In this document: in pieces, positions 1 to 11,112 of the stretch | Layout of the letters: every line of letters starts with the position of its first letter | Position numbering within the stretch: the stretch's first letter is position 1 | Virus record (IMG/VR): IMGVR_UViG_3300042359_000853 | Location: 124,001-188,000 of that record | DNA: 64,000 bases | Reading direction: 5' to 3' (one strand) | Translations under genes and position numbers: made by a program | Notes under the pieces: model-generated | Databases searched by the model: none | The model's input: the letters and a program-made list of their open reading frames with translations, nothing else | What the model was told of the DNA's origin: nothing

Positions 1-1030
1 CTGATTTATCTAAGTGACGAACAAACCATCGGTGACCACCAGGTTTAAAAGTGATCTCACCAGTCGATTTATCTACTTCTTCTTTTCCTTGCGCAATACC
101 AATCTCTTGATAAAACTCTGGTCTACAGAAGGCATCTAGTCCTGTATAGGGATTCATACCGTGAATAAATGAGATCTCAAACTTGATTTTCTTAGGTTTA
201 GCTAGTCTGTTTTTAGCAGTTTTGAATGTTACAACTATACCAGATGCACCTAGGTCCATCTCGTCTTCTTCTTGAGTTTTCAGCTTTGCTTTACTCATCA
301 TGCCGATAACAGAACTTGAATAAACGAGTGCCTTTCCACCTTTCAAGATTTCTTGTGGATACATAGAACCCTGCTCTAAATAGACGTGATTGCACACAAC
401 CATCGGGATACCCAAGTATCCTAGATCAATATTGATGGATCTGAACATTGCAGCAAGTGCTTTAGCCCTGGTCATATCAACTTTGATGTTTCCAGAAATA
501 AGGTCTTCTTTTTCTTTGTTTGAGCTCATTTGCCCAACTGAATCGAGAACTATTAAGAAAGGCTCGATTTCACCACGCTTCATCTTTTCTTCTTTAAGAG
601 AATCAAGTAGCTGTGTGAGTAAGATGTTAATCTCTTCAACTTTATTACCGTTGATAAGTTTGAACTTCTCTGGTGAGTTATCGACACCATATTTTGGTAG
701 ATCGGCAAGTTCAATAGAATATTCAGTATCGATGTAGATAACACCCATACCTGATTTTTGTGCGTGACGAGCAATCGACAGTGCGATAAAAGATTTGCCG
801 GTTCCAGAATCACCAGCTACGGTGAAAATCTTTCCGTGCTGAATACCACCACCAAGCATATCTGCTGATAGAGCGGCGTTTAGTAAATAGACACCGGTTG
901 AGATAAACTTTTTTTCACGAATTTCACTCTGAATAATAACAGGAACGCTTTTTGTAATGTTTGATAAAATATCACCGATCTTGGTGAATGAAAATGAATT
1001 TTTTTCTTCTTTTTTTGTAGTTTTAGCCAT
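1..1030 (-). CDS. uvsX: UvsX/RecA-like recombinase (3' end runs off window; absent from ORF track)
   Basis: Manual translation from ATG at 1030: MAKTTKKEEK...ISTGVYLLNAALS...AGDSGTGKSF (Walker A)...IYIDTE...IVLDSVG (Walker B)...VCNHVY...KGGKALVYSSS...KNRL. Confidence 0.93.
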   Translation of the reverse strand, partial: MAKTTKKEEKNSFSFTKIGDILSNITKSVPVIIQSEIREKKFISTGVYLLNAALSADMLGGGIQHGKIFTVAGDSGTGKSFIALSIARHAQKSGMGVIYIDTEYSIELADLPKYGVDNSPEKFKLINGNKVEEINILLTQLLDSLKEEKMKRGEIEPFLIVLDSVGQMSSNKEKEDLISGNIKVDMTRAKALAAMFRSINIDLGYLGIPMVVCNHVYLEQGSMYPQEILKGGKALVYSSSVIGMMSKAKLKTQEEDEMDLGASGIVVTFKTAKNRLAKPKKIKFEISFIHGMNPYTGLDAFCRPEFYQEIGIAQGKEEVDKSTGEITFKPGGHRWFVRHLDKS

Positions 1031-1072
1031 GAAACTTTTTTTTGATATTATATCAAAAAAAAGGCTAAAAGA

Positions 1073-1486
1073 TTAAAATGTAAAGTGCCAATGAAAGTGA
1101 TTCATTACAATCAAAAACTGAGTAGTTGTAACAAATCCAGATCTTAGAAGATCAACAATAAGATTGTAAATACCACCTCTTTTAGTAGATCTCTCTAAGA
1201 AGGTTAGTAGTGCTAGACCAACTAAAGTTGATAAAAAGAACACCCATTGACTAGAGAGAAGACCAACGGTCAAGAAAATAAAATTAAGTGTATTTATTAG
1301 AGTCCAAAAACCAAGTAGATAAAAATCTTGAGGCTCTCTAAAACTTGAAATCTCTGGAAGTTTTTTAGTGACCGTAAAAAATCCTCTGAACCAATCTTTT
1401 ATTTTATAAATTTTTACAAAATGAAAGAGCAGAAAAAAATTAGCCTGTGATAAGAAAAATAGGATAAGATAGAATATACTGGTCAT
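1073..1486 (-). CDS. Hypothetical membrane protein
   Basis: 137 aa with several hydrophobic segments. Confidence 0.6.
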   Translation of the reverse strand: MTSIFYLILFFLSQANFFLLFHFVKIYKIKDWFRGFFTVTKKLPEISSFREPQDFYLLGFWTLINTLNFIFLTVGLLSSQWVFFLSTLVGLALLTFLERSTKRGGIYNLIVDLLRSGFVTTTQFLIVMNHFHWHFTF

Positions 1487-1584
1487 AAAATTTTTAGATT
1501 ATATCTAAAAGTGTTTTTTTGTTCTAAAAATCTATATCTGCCGAGGAGAATAATTTTAATATATAACCTTGATTTTCTAAAAAT

Positions 1585-4269
1585 ATGGCCCATACACCAC
1601 TCTACAAAAGACTTAAAAATCGGGGAACATCATTTTATGCTTTCCCTGGCGCTGCTGAAGATATTTCAGCTTCTTATCAGAATGAAAATTTTAGAATGTA
1701 TTTTTCTAATTATGTTCTATTAAATTTTCCTAAACAAAATCTCTCAGCTGATGGTGCTACTAACAGTATTTATTTCGATTTTGGAACTTTTTCAAAATCA
1801 GAACTTTCTTCACCAGCTGATGATTATAGTGATGGGCTTATAGAATCGTTACGAAACTACGTAGCTAATTTTGAGGTTGTTATGAAGTCTTCGAAGCTTA
1901 ATAATACTGAATTTTATTACGATCATAATGATACAACAACACCCACTGAGAAAATATTCTGGAAATGGTGTAAGAAACTCAATCTATTCGATCTTGAGAT
2001 AGCAAACGATGGAGACGAGTATTTTGGGAATCTTCAAGAGTTTGCAAGAAATAATCTTACTAACGATGAATACTTTAAGGAATATCTTTGGAGAGAAAGA
2101 GAAATTTTTGATTTTGAAACGGTAACCTTCTACCAGACCACCAACCCATCACACACTGGAAAACTTGAAATCGAGATAAAAGGTGCTACAAATCTAAAAG
2201 TAGGAGATATTATAGAATTTATCGAACCATCTAGTTACAGCTCGGGTGATTTAGCTCGTGATTCTGGATTAACTAATCTTCTTACTACACTTTCTAGTGC
2301 AAGATCTAAAGTAGTTTATAAGACTAGTTCGTCTGGTAATGATATTATTATTGTTGATCTATATGTTGCCGCAGCTTTAAATCCGAATCTTTCTTCTACT
2401 ATAAATTTGGTTTATCATCGATTAGTTCAGTATATAGGTAACGTCAATGGTGTAAATAATGTTCAAGAATCTGATAGATCTTATACTGAAGTTTGGGCAC
2501 ATATACCCGATAATACAGGTCAAACACCAGATGTTCTTTTTAGAACCCGTATTGATAAAAATTATAAACCTGGAGTGGGTTTTCCTATTTTACCAGCACA
2601 AATACAAAGTGAAATCGCTGGTGCCGAGAATTTCAAAAATCCTATTGTGAATTCTCCACAAGATTATCCAGGTAGTTATTTCGGTCAATTTGATAATAGT
2701 TTTTATACTTATCAAATATCTACTGGTGATTCACAAAGAAGAAGAGGAGATTTTTTTGGTATATCAGGTGACGTAAATAATTTCTCAGTTAGCTCATCTA
2801 AACTAGATGGTTTATCAATTGACTTTGATAGAGATCACTATGTTAAAATGAATTCTCGTAATCAAGAGATTACAACTTTTGACGAGTTTAATATGCTCAA
2901 TGTCAATGGTAATCCACCAAAAGATTTTGAATTCAACGCCATACTTTGGTATTACGACGTGATAGATTCAAATGGTAATATCTCAAAAAATCTTTACGGT
3001 ATTACTTTTTTGGATAATCCAAATAATAATCCACTACCAAATGAAGTTGGATATCGACTGCCTAGTTTTTCAAAACTTTGTGCCAACTCCAATCAAGATG
3101 GTGTTTCTTATGCGTTCAATCTTATCTTAAACTTTGCCATAACAAATGATAATCCACAAGATGCCTATAATCCTGACGCCATAAATTCTCTTTTTAACTT
3201 TAACCTTTTTAATGAAGCTATGAGAAAGCTTTCTATGGCCAATAAGTCATTTCTACAAATACTTATCGATCAGGGAAAAATTCAAGATGAAATATTAAAT
3301 CTAAAGACCTTACTCTATTCACAAACACAGATAGAAGAGATTAATCAAAAAATTAATTTTTTAGAAAATCTTTTAAGACTTTATTCTTCTAACCAGATTG
3401 TTGGTAGTAACACTATAAGTGTAAGAAGTGTTATTCAGAATGGTAATTCCTATATAACACTTGATTCAATCGATGGTAAATACAACCCAGTTGAAGTAGT
3501 TAGAACTACAGATTTGTTTAATGTTTCAGGACCAGTTTCGTATCTTATCAAACCTTCGCAAAATAAAGATTTTTTATTAAAAGTCATTAACGATGATATT
3601 AATCCACAATTTTTAGGACAAAATATACGTTTGAATTTAACGATTGATAGAGATCTCGATTTTGGTCAAACACTGGATATTATTGTTGATGGCACAGACA
3701 ACGCCACACAAAATAAACAACTTGATATTTTTATAAGAACAGATTCTACACTTACACCTTTAATTCAAGGTCTGAACTTACCTATTTACTACAATATATC
3801 AACCAACACAACAAACACAGCTAAAAAATTCAAAAATTTCAATTTCAATACAAATTTTAATCAAAATGTTCTTCTTTTTTCTGATTATAGTCTTCTGGTT
3901 CCTTTTCAAGAACCAAATAAGTTGATCAAAAAAACGATGAAAGTTGGTGATTATGTTCTTTTTGAGGATTTTGTAGTTGGTTCTGCTTCTACGGTTGATT
4001 TTTCAGGACAATACAGATTATTAAATATTGATTCGAATGATTCGAAAATGTGGTTTGATCTTTCCACAAATCCGGTGGTAACAAATTATGTTTTTGGATC
4101 GGGCGTTAGTTTTCCTATTTGTTTAGACAATTATCTGTGTAATGCTTTTAGTTTAAAATATAATAAAGGATACAAGATTTCTATAACAAGAATAGTCTCT
4201 ACACTCACTGGTAACATTTCAACGGATTATCAGATAATTTCACAAAAGTTTTACGAAGATACAATTTAA
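1585..4269 (+). CDS. Large putative virion structural protein (baseplate/tail-associated)
   Basis: 894 aa, Asn/Ser/Phe-rich beta character, central coiled coil, TTTTAATATATA upstream; no catalytic motifs seen. Confidence 0.5.
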   Translation: MAHTPLYKRLKNRGTSFYAFPGAAEDISASYQNENFRMYFSNYVLLNFPKQNLSADGATNSIYFDFGTFSKSELSSPADDYSDGLIESLRNYVANFEVVMKSSKLNNTEFYYDHNDTTTPTEKIFWKWCKKLNLFDLEIANDGDEYFGNLQEFARNNLTNDEYFKEYLWREREIFDFETVTFYQTTNPSHTGKLEIEIKGATNLKVGDIIEFIEPSSYSSGDLARDSGLTNLLTTLSSARSKVVYKTSSSGNDIIIVDLYVAAALNPNLSSTINLVYHRLVQYIGNVNGVNNVQESDRSYTEVWAHIPDNTGQTPDVLFRTRIDKNYKPGVGFPILPAQIQSEIAGAENFKNPIVNSPQDYPGSYFGQFDNSFYTYQISTGDSQRRRGDFFGISGDVNNFSVSSSKLDGLSIDFDRDHYVKMNSRNQEITTFDEFNMLNVNGNPPKDFEFNAILWYYDVIDSNGNISKNLYGITFLDNPNNNPLPNEVGYRLPSFSKLCANSNQDGVSYAFNLILNFAITNDNPQDAYNPDAINSLFNFNLFNEAMRKLSMANKSFLQILIDQGKIQDEILNLKTLLYSQTQIEEINQKINFLENLLRLYSSNQIVGSNTISVRSVIQNGNSYITLDSIDGKYNPVEVVRTTDLFNVSGPVSYLIKPSQNKDFLLKVINDDINPQFLGQNIRLNLTIDRDLDFGQTLDIIVDGTDNATQNKQLDIFIRTDSTLTPLIQGLNLPIYYNISTNTTNTAKKFKNFNFNTNFNQNVLLFSDYSLLVPFQEPNKLIKKTMKVGDYVLFEDFVVGSASTVDFSGQYRLLNIDSNDSKMWFDLSTNPVVTNYVFGSGVSFPICLDNYLCNAFSLKYNKGYKISITRIVSTLTGNISTDYQIISQKFYEDTI

Positions 4270-4317
4270 ATTAAATAGGATTGAAGATTTAATATATAGA
4301 TTAAAATATATATTTAA

Positions 4318-4740
4318 ATGGCAGTTTGTGAAAATAGTTTATTTGGTGAAGGTAGTAAATATCTAAAATTTCAAGCCGGTGATCTGATCGCTGTTGATGG
4401 TCAAAATACAGTTGAAAGACTAGTATTAAATGATTTAAATTTACCATACAAACAACTTACTAAATTTAAGGTAACTCTAGAGGCAGGACAAGAAGATTAT
4501 CTAGTAGATCAGTTTGATGATAAAACTACTTTTTTTGCTATAGTAGCTAGGTATAATGCCAAATCAAAAGTTGAAGATAAAAACTACCTTCGTTGGAACT
4601 GGATAGATAATTCAAGATCTCAATATTTTTCTAAACTTCTGATGATGCATACAAATTCAGCAAATCCATTTACTGGTATCTATCTTCACAATCCAAATTT
4701 AGACTACGGAGTTAATATAGATATTCTCATAGCTACTTAA
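4318..4740 (+). CDS. Hypothetical, probably structural
   Basis: ORF with late-type motif at 4288-4298. Confidence 0.5.
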   Translation: MAVCENSLFGEGSKYLKFQAGDLIAVDGQNTVERLVLNDLNLPYKQLTKFKVTLEAGQEDYLVDQFDDKTTFFAIVARYNAKSKVEDKNYLRWNWIDNSRSQYFSKLLMMHTNSANPFTGIYLHNPNLDYGVNIDILIAT

Positions 4741-4754
4741 ATCATACAAAAATT

Positions 4755-5402
4755 ATGACCTACTCATCAAAAATCGGAACCTATTTAGAAGATATCTCGA
4801 TATATCAACTAGAAAATACTTCAAAGAGTTTCAAGATTCTAGACAATTCGGGATCTAAAGTTAGTGCTCAGTTTCCTATATCAACTATAACTAGTGTAGT
4901 GAAGGAGGAATCTTCAGTGTTGGTTTATTCAACTTCAGAAGATTTGAGATTCGATTTTAGTAGCCAGAGTGTTGCAAATCAAGTTTATAGTTTGATTGGT
5001 TGGATTAAGGATGATCCTACAAGAAAAATAACAGATCTAGGAGCGACCTCCTCAAGAGAAGATTCAGAGGCACCTGTAATCTATTTCAATCCGGTTGTAA
5101 AACTAAACAACGTTACAGGAACATGGTCTTCTACCTATTCTGGAACTTTTTCAGCAACTTGGGTATATTCAGATATAATGTCAAAAAGAGATTTAATTAC
5201 CGATCTTGTTAGACAAACTTCAGATAATAGAGATGGTGTATTGACCCTCACAGAATCGAATATTTTTATCTATACCAATTCGACCTATAGTAACTATATT
5301 TCAGGTGTTGGTGCCTATGTTATAACTTTCGATGTATCCGATAGAGCTGGAAATAGTGTTGGACAAGGTCTTACGATAAGTCTAACCGTTACTTCATCTT
5401 AA
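4755..5402 (+). CDS. Protein with C-terminal Ig-like (DUF5011/HYR-like) domain
   Basis: DSEAPVI...DNRDG...GAYVITFDVSDRAGNS pattern. Confidence 0.5.
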   Translation: MTYSSKIGTYLEDISIYQLENTSKSFKILDNSGSKVSAQFPISTITSVVKEESSVLVYSTSEDLRFDFSSQSVANQVYSLIGWIKDDPTRKITDLGATSSREDSEAPVIYFNPVVKLNNVTGTWSSTYSGTFSATWVYSDIMSKRDLITDLVRQTSDNRDGVLTLTESNIFIYTNSTYSNYISGVGAYVITFDVSDRAGNSVGQGLTISLTVTSS

Positions 5403-5406
5403 AAAT

Positions 5407-6330
5407 ATGAATACTATCTATAATTTTAAGAACTGGATTTCAGAATCAAAGTTGATAAACTTTTCACTTTGGGTATCAAACTTAACCGAGAAGGATCCTT
5501 CACTTTTGGATATTATTGATGAATATATCGAGGATAAAGATCCTACAATTGGATTAGAAAATCTTCTAGATACATTGAATAGCAGCCAAAAAGAAAATCT
5601 TCGTAAAAGAATAGAGGATAAACTATCCAAAGATTCACCTAAGCAGGTTACTGCGTCCATTCAGTCTATAGATCCTATTAGGCAAAAAACACTCTTCAAA
5701 CTTTTCGTAAAAACACTATCTTTTATTGATGGTATTGAGGTAGAAAAAAAACCAAAGAGGGATTGGCTTGTTTATTTTACAACAAAAAAGATCTGGAGAG
5801 AAAAGTTATTAAATCTCTCTACTAGAATAACTTCTATCAATCAAGAAGTTGAAAAAATACCAGGAGATCAAAAATGGGTAAAAGCTTTCTGGGGAGTAAA
5901 AAATGACGGACTTTTTTGCTATGGTTTTTATACAAAATCTGAATTTTACCCTATACAAGAGGTAAAATTTACAGGAAATTTTTCTAGGTATATATCTTCG
6001 TTGGGTGCTAAAATACTCTGGGAAATAAAAAGAGATTTTATGGAGGTCACTCCCCAAAACCTACTTCTTCTTGGAAAAATTAAAACTTCAGTTGATGGGT
6101 TTGATTTTCCAAGTAGTGATAAGTTTTCTCTATGGGAGAAGCACCTTTTACATTTCGGTTGGTATGGACTAGGTGTTTGGAGTAGTAGAGAAATCGACCC
6201 TTCTTCATTTGAGAAAATAAAGGAAGAAATAAAGGAAAAATTGAGAAGTTATAGGTGGTCGAATAAGGTAAAGATCTCACTTAGAGCCGAAGAGTTTTGG
6301 ATACATCTTTACATTCAGATTAAACAATAA
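5407..6330 (+). CDS. Hypothetical protein with N-terminal capsid-targeting-like motif
   Basis: Begins MNTIYNFKNWISES. Confidence 0.55.
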   Translation: MNTIYNFKNWISESKLINFSLWVSNLTEKDPSLLDIIDEYIEDKDPTIGLENLLDTLNSSQKENLRKRIEDKLSKDSPKQVTASIQSIDPIRQKTLFKLFVKTLSFIDGIEVEKKPKRDWLVYFTTKKIWREKLLNLSTRITSINQEVEKIPGDQKWVKAFWGVKNDGLFCYGFYTKSEFYPIQEVKFTGNFSRYISSLGAKILWEIKRDFMEVTPQNLLLLGKIKTSVDGFDFPSSDKFSLWEKHLLHFGWYGLGVWSSREIDPSSFEKIKEEIKEKLRSYRWSNKVKISLRAEEFWIHLYIQIKQ

Positions 6331-6348
6331 CTTATTTTCCCATACAAG

Positions 6349-7122
6349 ATGATTATGGAACTAGTTCGTCTTATCAAAAGTCTTGTAAGAGGTAATAAAG
6401 ATCTAGATTTAGGTCAATTACCCTCCCGTGGTTTGTTTTATCCTGAAGATTTCTCGATTAAAATCAAAAGAGCATCTTCAGAGCAGATCGTTCACTATGA
6501 AACCAATTTCGTAGAAAAAGATATGTTTTCTATTATTGAGTCTATTAAACGTGTAGTAGAAGCAAACGCTGTTTTTCCAGAAAATTATAATTTCAGATAC
6601 CTTAAAGTTATTGATCTTATCTGGGTATTTTTGGAAATTGTTAAATTTACACAGGATAAAAAAATAAACATCAACTATTTTGATAGTGATTCGTCACTTG
6701 TAAAGGAAGTTGAGATCTCTAATGAAAGTTTCAACTACTTTAATTTTTCAAAATTTGAGAGTTTTTACAACGCTGAAGAAAAAATCTTCGAGATGCAGGG
6801 TTACCGATTTTCGTTACCTTCTATTGGCGTTGAATCAGATTTACTTAAATATCTTAACTCGAAAAGTGCAAAAAAATCCGGAAGAGATCTAACAGATATG
6901 AACTACAACTTCATTTTCTTTCTGGGTATGAAAGATAGTATTACAAAAAAAGAAATAGAAAATCTAATTACTATTTTCAATGATGATTTAGATAAAAAAG
7001 AGATGGAAAAAATCGAAGCAATTATCGAAGAGTTTTCCAAGTCTATTAAATATACCTTGAAAATAGGTAAAAAAGTAATCGATCTTCAGTCAAAGATTCA
7101 ACTCAAAGAAATATTCAGATGA
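6349..7122 (+). CDS. Putative baseplate hub assembly protein (T4 gp26/gp51-like)
   Basis: LPSRGLFYP motif near N-terminus and later FSLPSIG; size fits. Confidence 0.45.
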   Translation: MIMELVRLIKSLVRGNKDLDLGQLPSRGLFYPEDFSIKIKRASSEQIVHYETNFVEKDMFSIIESIKRVVEANAVFPENYNFRYLKVIDLIWVFLEIVKFTQDKKININYFDSDSSLVKEVEISNESFNYFNFSKFESFYNAEEKIFEMQGYRFSLPSIGVESDLLKYLNSKSAKKSGRDLTDMNYNFIFFLGMKDSITKKEIENLITIFNDDLDKKEMEKIEAIIEEFSKSIKYTLKIGKKVIDLQSKIQLKEIFR

Positions 7123-7182
7123 ACTATATAAATAAAATTAGAAAAGGCGGTTGAAGTTTTTTCTAATTTTATATATATCTTA

Positions 7183-10100
7183 ATGAATTTTACGATTGAG
7201 TGGTTTCAGTACATGACCTCAGATCTGGGTAATCCCAGAGTTTTTTCGATAAATAGTTTTCCGACTGCTAAAATCGCGGTCTCGATAGAAAGTAGCATCT
7301 TTCGTCTGTGGATAAATTCAGGCATTCGGTTTCAAGAGCCTGTTTCTCTAATACTTAACAATTGGACACACTTCGCTATTGTTTATACAAACGGTTCAAT
7401 AAAAATCTATAAAAACGGTCAAAAAATAGGAAATACCATTGAATATTATTCTGGTATGATCACTGATTATGATGATAAACTTTACATCGGAACTGATCTC
7501 GAAGAAGATTCTTATTTTTCTGGAAGATTATCAAATTTTAGATGGACGCAAGATGAAGTGTATTCATCAAACTTCAATCCATTGGCACAAAATTACGATG
7601 TATTAGCTGATACGATTTTATTATTGAAATTTGATGATATCAATGATTTTGTTTATGATAGCTCAGATACTGGCAAAGACACTTATGGATTCACTCTTTC
7701 TTGGAGCTCTACGAGTCCTATTGGTGGAAGTGGTTCAGTTGTTTTCAACGGTATTGATGGATATCTATATGTAGAACCGGTTGATGATTTTGATTTTTCT
7801 GCCGCTAGTATAACACCAACACAGACACCAACTCAAACCTTGACACCGACACCATCTCTAAGTATAGTTGCAACAAGTTCTACAACAACTACAACAACCA
7901 CGACTACTTCAACTTCTACTACTTCAACAACTACTTTAGAGCCAAGAGTAAATTATACAAGTAGAGTAAAATTTTTGTATAATAAAATAACTAAAATAGC
8001 TAGACGTGGTAAAGATTACTACTTCGAATGGGAACTGTTAGTTGATGAATCCTTAAAGCAAAAAGAATTAGGACTACTATCAGATGTTATGTTGAAATAC
8101 TTTGGTATAAACTGGGACAGATATCCGACCTTGGAAGATTTCAAGAAAAAATCTTGGCCACATATAAGATCTGTTACCGAAGGAGTGCAGAATGTTGAGC
8201 TTAAAAAAATATCAGATGCAAAAGGTGTTTACCAAATAGGTTGGGATTTCTATCTCGTATCTAACAACTATAGTATTGGACAAATCAAGGAACTTTTTGA
8301 GGATGGTAAGGAGATATTGAGAGTTTCTACACTTCTACAAATAGAAGATTTAACTTCAGCTACCTCAAGTATTTACGAAAAATATACCACTGGCATAGAT
8401 CTACTGAAATCAGATTATTTACTTATTTCACCTACACCCACCCCTACACAAACACCTACACCAACCGTAACGGTCACTCCTACAAAAACACCAACTAGAA
8501 CTCCAACACCAACTAGAACTATGACACCGACGGTCACTCAAACTCCAACAGTGACCGCAACACCAACTGTAACACCAACTGTAACATCAACTCTGACACC
8601 CACAGTTACACCATCTGTAACTGAAACGCCCACACAAACCTCAACTGTAACACCAACACAAACCGTAACACCAACCGAAACTTCTACTCAAACACCTACT
8701 CAAACACCAACTATTACACCTTCTGTGACTTCAACTATCACACCTACCGTTACATCAACACCAACAGAAACACCCACTCAAACATCGAGTGAGACTCCTA
8801 CCTCTACCGTTACACCTACTTTAACTGTTACACCGACTAGGACCGTAACACCGACCAATACACAAACACCTACAACCACACCAACTTCAACAATAACAGA
8901 AGGGTCGATAGCTTCGGGTGCTTTCTTCTACTTTGATCCAGGTAATACATCTTCTTATAGTGGCTCAGGAACTACTCTAAATGACATTAGTGGTAATGGT
9001 AATAACGGCTCTATATTCGGAAGTCCAGTTCATACATCTGGTGCGGGTGGATACTTCACCTTTGATGGTGTTAATGATTACATTTTGAGTCCAGACATTT
9101 ATTTCGGAGCTACCGAAACACATACTATTGAAGTTTGGATACGTCCTACCGCTGTGGATGATTGTATATGGTCCGATCTTGGACAGCCTACAATAAATGA
9201 TGGATATCATTTTGCCGGGGCACAAATATTACAAACAGGACCATTCAATCAAATCATTACTTCTTTGTGGAATGGAACTGCTGTAACTAGAGTAGTCAAT
9301 GGTGCGGGTAGTTATCTTAATACCTGGAAGCAAGTAGTTAGAGTGTATAACGGTAGTGTATTAACATCATATCTCGATGGGGTCATCGGTGGAACAATTT
9401 CAATTGCATATGATTCTCCACACAATGATGGAATCACCGATTGGTATTTAGCTTTTGGTGCTATTGATACGACTACTTACTTGGGCTCGGTTGCTGGTTA
9501 TTTTGCTGGTGGATATGGTATTATTCGATATTATAGAAGAGCTCTCTCTGCTAGTGAGGTTCTACAAAATTATAACTCAACGGTCTATAGCTACAACACC
9601 ACTACAACAACTACAACAACTATTGCACCTTCTTCAACACCAACTCCTACTCAAACACCTACTCAAACACCCACTTCTAGTCAAACACCAACCACCACAC
9701 CAACATCAAGTATAACAAACACACCAACTCAAACTCCTACAAATACTCCTTCTGTTACAACAACATCGGCTCCTGTTACTCTAGGGTTGGTTATTGAGTT
9801 GGATGCCTATGATTCTTCCAGCTATCCAGGGTCAGGAACAACAGTTTCTAACTTGCGGTCACCTGGAACCTACGATCATACGCTTACGGGCTCATCATTT
9901 ACAACTTTAAATGGTATCAAATGTTTTGACTGTTCATCAGGAACAAAGAGAGTTGTTGTAAATGGAACTGGTCCTCTCCTACCTACTACTGGATATACCT
10001 ATATTACTTGGGGTAGATTGAAAAACGATACCAGTGGATTTAGAACTTTACTTTACACAAATTCTCCTAAATATACACCAATAACTATCCCCGATGGTTC

Positions 10101-11112
10101 AAACACACTTGCGTATTGGGACACAGCACTCAGAAGTTCTGGATATGATGCGTCATCATCGGTAGAAGTTTGGGTTCAGTTTGCTGTCGTAGGTGACAGC
10201 TCATCCCAAACATTCTACATAAACGGATCTCAAGTTGGTAGTACAATTTCTTTCGGTGCTGGTGGAACTACACACTGGGGTTGGGGTAATAATGATATAG
10301 TTCCGCAATCTTTTGGTCATGTTGCCAATCTATATTTTTACAATAGAAAGTTATCACTAGCAGAAATCACACAACAATATGATTTCCTCTCTCCTAGATT
10401 TGTACAAGTAACACCAACACCAACTTCTACAACAACACCGACACCTACACCAACTCCTACTGTAACACCAAATAGTGATATGTTACTTAAATTAGACGCT
10501 AATCTTTCAGAGAGTTATCCAGGCTCAGGCACTACTTGGTATGATCTAGCAGGCACACAACAAAACATGACTCTTGTTGGTAATCCTACTTTTGTTTCTG
10601 GAACTATATCTTATTTCGATTTCAACGGATCAGGTCAATATGCGCAAGGATCGGGTCTTACTGTTCCAACAACGGTTTATACTAAGTCCGTCTGGTTCTG
10701 GGTAGATGTATATACTGATAACAACATAGTAAGTGGATTTGATGGTGTTGGTGGTCACTTCATGTATATGGGTAGCTCACCAAAAATACAAGTTGGTCAC
10801 CACAATCAAGGGGTTGTATTCAATACCTATCAATCTACTGGAACAATATCACTTAATACATGGTACAATGTAGTTGTAACTTTCAATACTTCGAATGGAT
10901 TTAAAATTTATATAAATGGTCAGTTCGACAGTTCTCACAATATGACATTAGCACATCTTGGTAGTGGAACTACAAATTTAGCTAGTTACGCTAATACGGG
11001 GGGTAATTATCTAAATGGAAGAATATCAAAAGTCTATACTTGGCAAAAAGTTTTATCTGATCAAGAAGTTCTTGATATGTATAATCTTGATAAATCTTAC
11101 TTTGGTCACTAA
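7183..11112 (+). CDS. Multi-LamG/ConA-like lectin-domain fiber/adhesin with Thr/Pro-rich linkers
   Basis: N-terminal LamG (WTHFAIVY..IYKNG) plus three modules starting D(P/A)xxSxSYxGSGTT with Y(L/I)(D/N)G cores, separated by (TP)n/(T)n tracts. Confidence 0.8.
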   Translation: MNFTIEWFQYMTSDLGNPRVFSINSFPTAKIAVSIESSIFRLWINSGIRFQEPVSLILNNWTHFAIVYTNGSIKIYKNGQKIGNTIEYYSGMITDYDDKLYIGTDLEEDSYFSGRLSNFRWTQDEVYSSNFNPLAQNYDVLADTILLLKFDDINDFVYDSSDTGKDTYGFTLSWSSTSPIGGSGSVVFNGIDGYLYVEPVDDFDFSAASITPTQTPTQTLTPTPSLSIVATSSTTTTTTTTTSTSTTSTTTLEPRVNYTSRVKFLYNKITKIARRGKDYYFEWELLVDESLKQKELGLLSDVMLKYFGINWDRYPTLEDFKKKSWPHIRSVTEGVQNVELKKISDAKGVYQIGWDFYLVSNNYSIGQIKELFEDGKEILRVSTLLQIEDLTSATSSIYEKYTTGIDLLKSDYLLISPTPTPTQTPTPTVTVTPTKTPTRTPTPTRTMTPTVTQTPTVTATPTVTPTVTSTLTPTVTPSVTETPTQTSTVTPTQTVTPTETSTQTPTQTPTITPSVTSTITPTVTSTPTETPTQTSSETPTSTVTPTLTVTPTRTVTPTNTQTPTTTPTSTITEGSIASGAFFYFDPGNTSSYSGSGTTLNDISGNGNNGSIFGSPVHTSGAGGYFTFDGVNDYILSPDIYFGATETHTIEVWIRPTAVDDCIWSDLGQPTINDGYHFAGAQILQTGPFNQIITSLWNGTAVTRVVNGAGSYLNTWKQVVRVYNGSVLTSYLDGVIGGTISIAYDSPHNDGITDWYLAFGAIDTTTYLGSVAGYFAGGYGIIRYYRRALSASEVLQNYNSTVYSYNTTTTTTTTIAPSSTPTPTQTPTQTPTSSQTPTTTPTSSITNTPTQTPTNTPSVTTTSAPVTLGLVIELDAYDSSSYPGSGTTVSNLRSPGTYDHTLTGSSFTTLNGIKCFDCSSGTKRVVVNGTGPLLPTTGYTYITWGRLKNDTSGFRTLLYTNSPKYTPITIPDGSNTLAYWDTALRSSGYDASSSVEVWVQFAVVGDSSSQTFYINGSQVGSTISFGAGGTTHWGWGNNDIVPQSFGHVANLYFYNRKLSLAEITQQYDFLSPRFVQVTPTPTSTTTPTPTPTPTVTPNSDMLLKLDANLSESYPGSGTTWYDLAGTQQNMTLVGNPTFVSGTISYFDFNGSGQYAQGSGLTVPTTVYTKSVWFWVDVYTDNNIVSGFDGVGGHFMYMGSSPKIQVGHHNQGVVFNTYQSTGTISLNTWYNVVVTFNTSNGFKIYINGQFDSSHNMTLAHLGSGTTNLASYANTGGNYLNGRISKVYTWQKVLSDQEVLDMYNLDKSYFGH
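8428..8895 (+). repeat. Low-complexity Thr-Pro coding repeat (mucin-like linker); smaller tracts near 7810-7935, 9595-9770, 10410-10470
   Basis: Degenerate ACNCCN codon runs encoding TPTQTPTxTPT. Confidence 0.9.

Noticed and set aside
390-813. ORF-track calls 390..737(+) and 580..813(-)
   Set aside because: Shadow frames over the uvsX gene (1..1030, minus), which the track missed because it runs off the window
8428-8895. Possible CRISPR array or non-coding tandem repeat
   Set aside because: Degenerate in-frame Thr/Pro codons with no constant repeat and unique spacers; no CRISPR array seen in the window
8900-11112. Diversity-generating retroelement target in the repeated lectin modules
   Set aside because: No reverse transcriptase and no near-identical repeat pair differing only at adenines was seen
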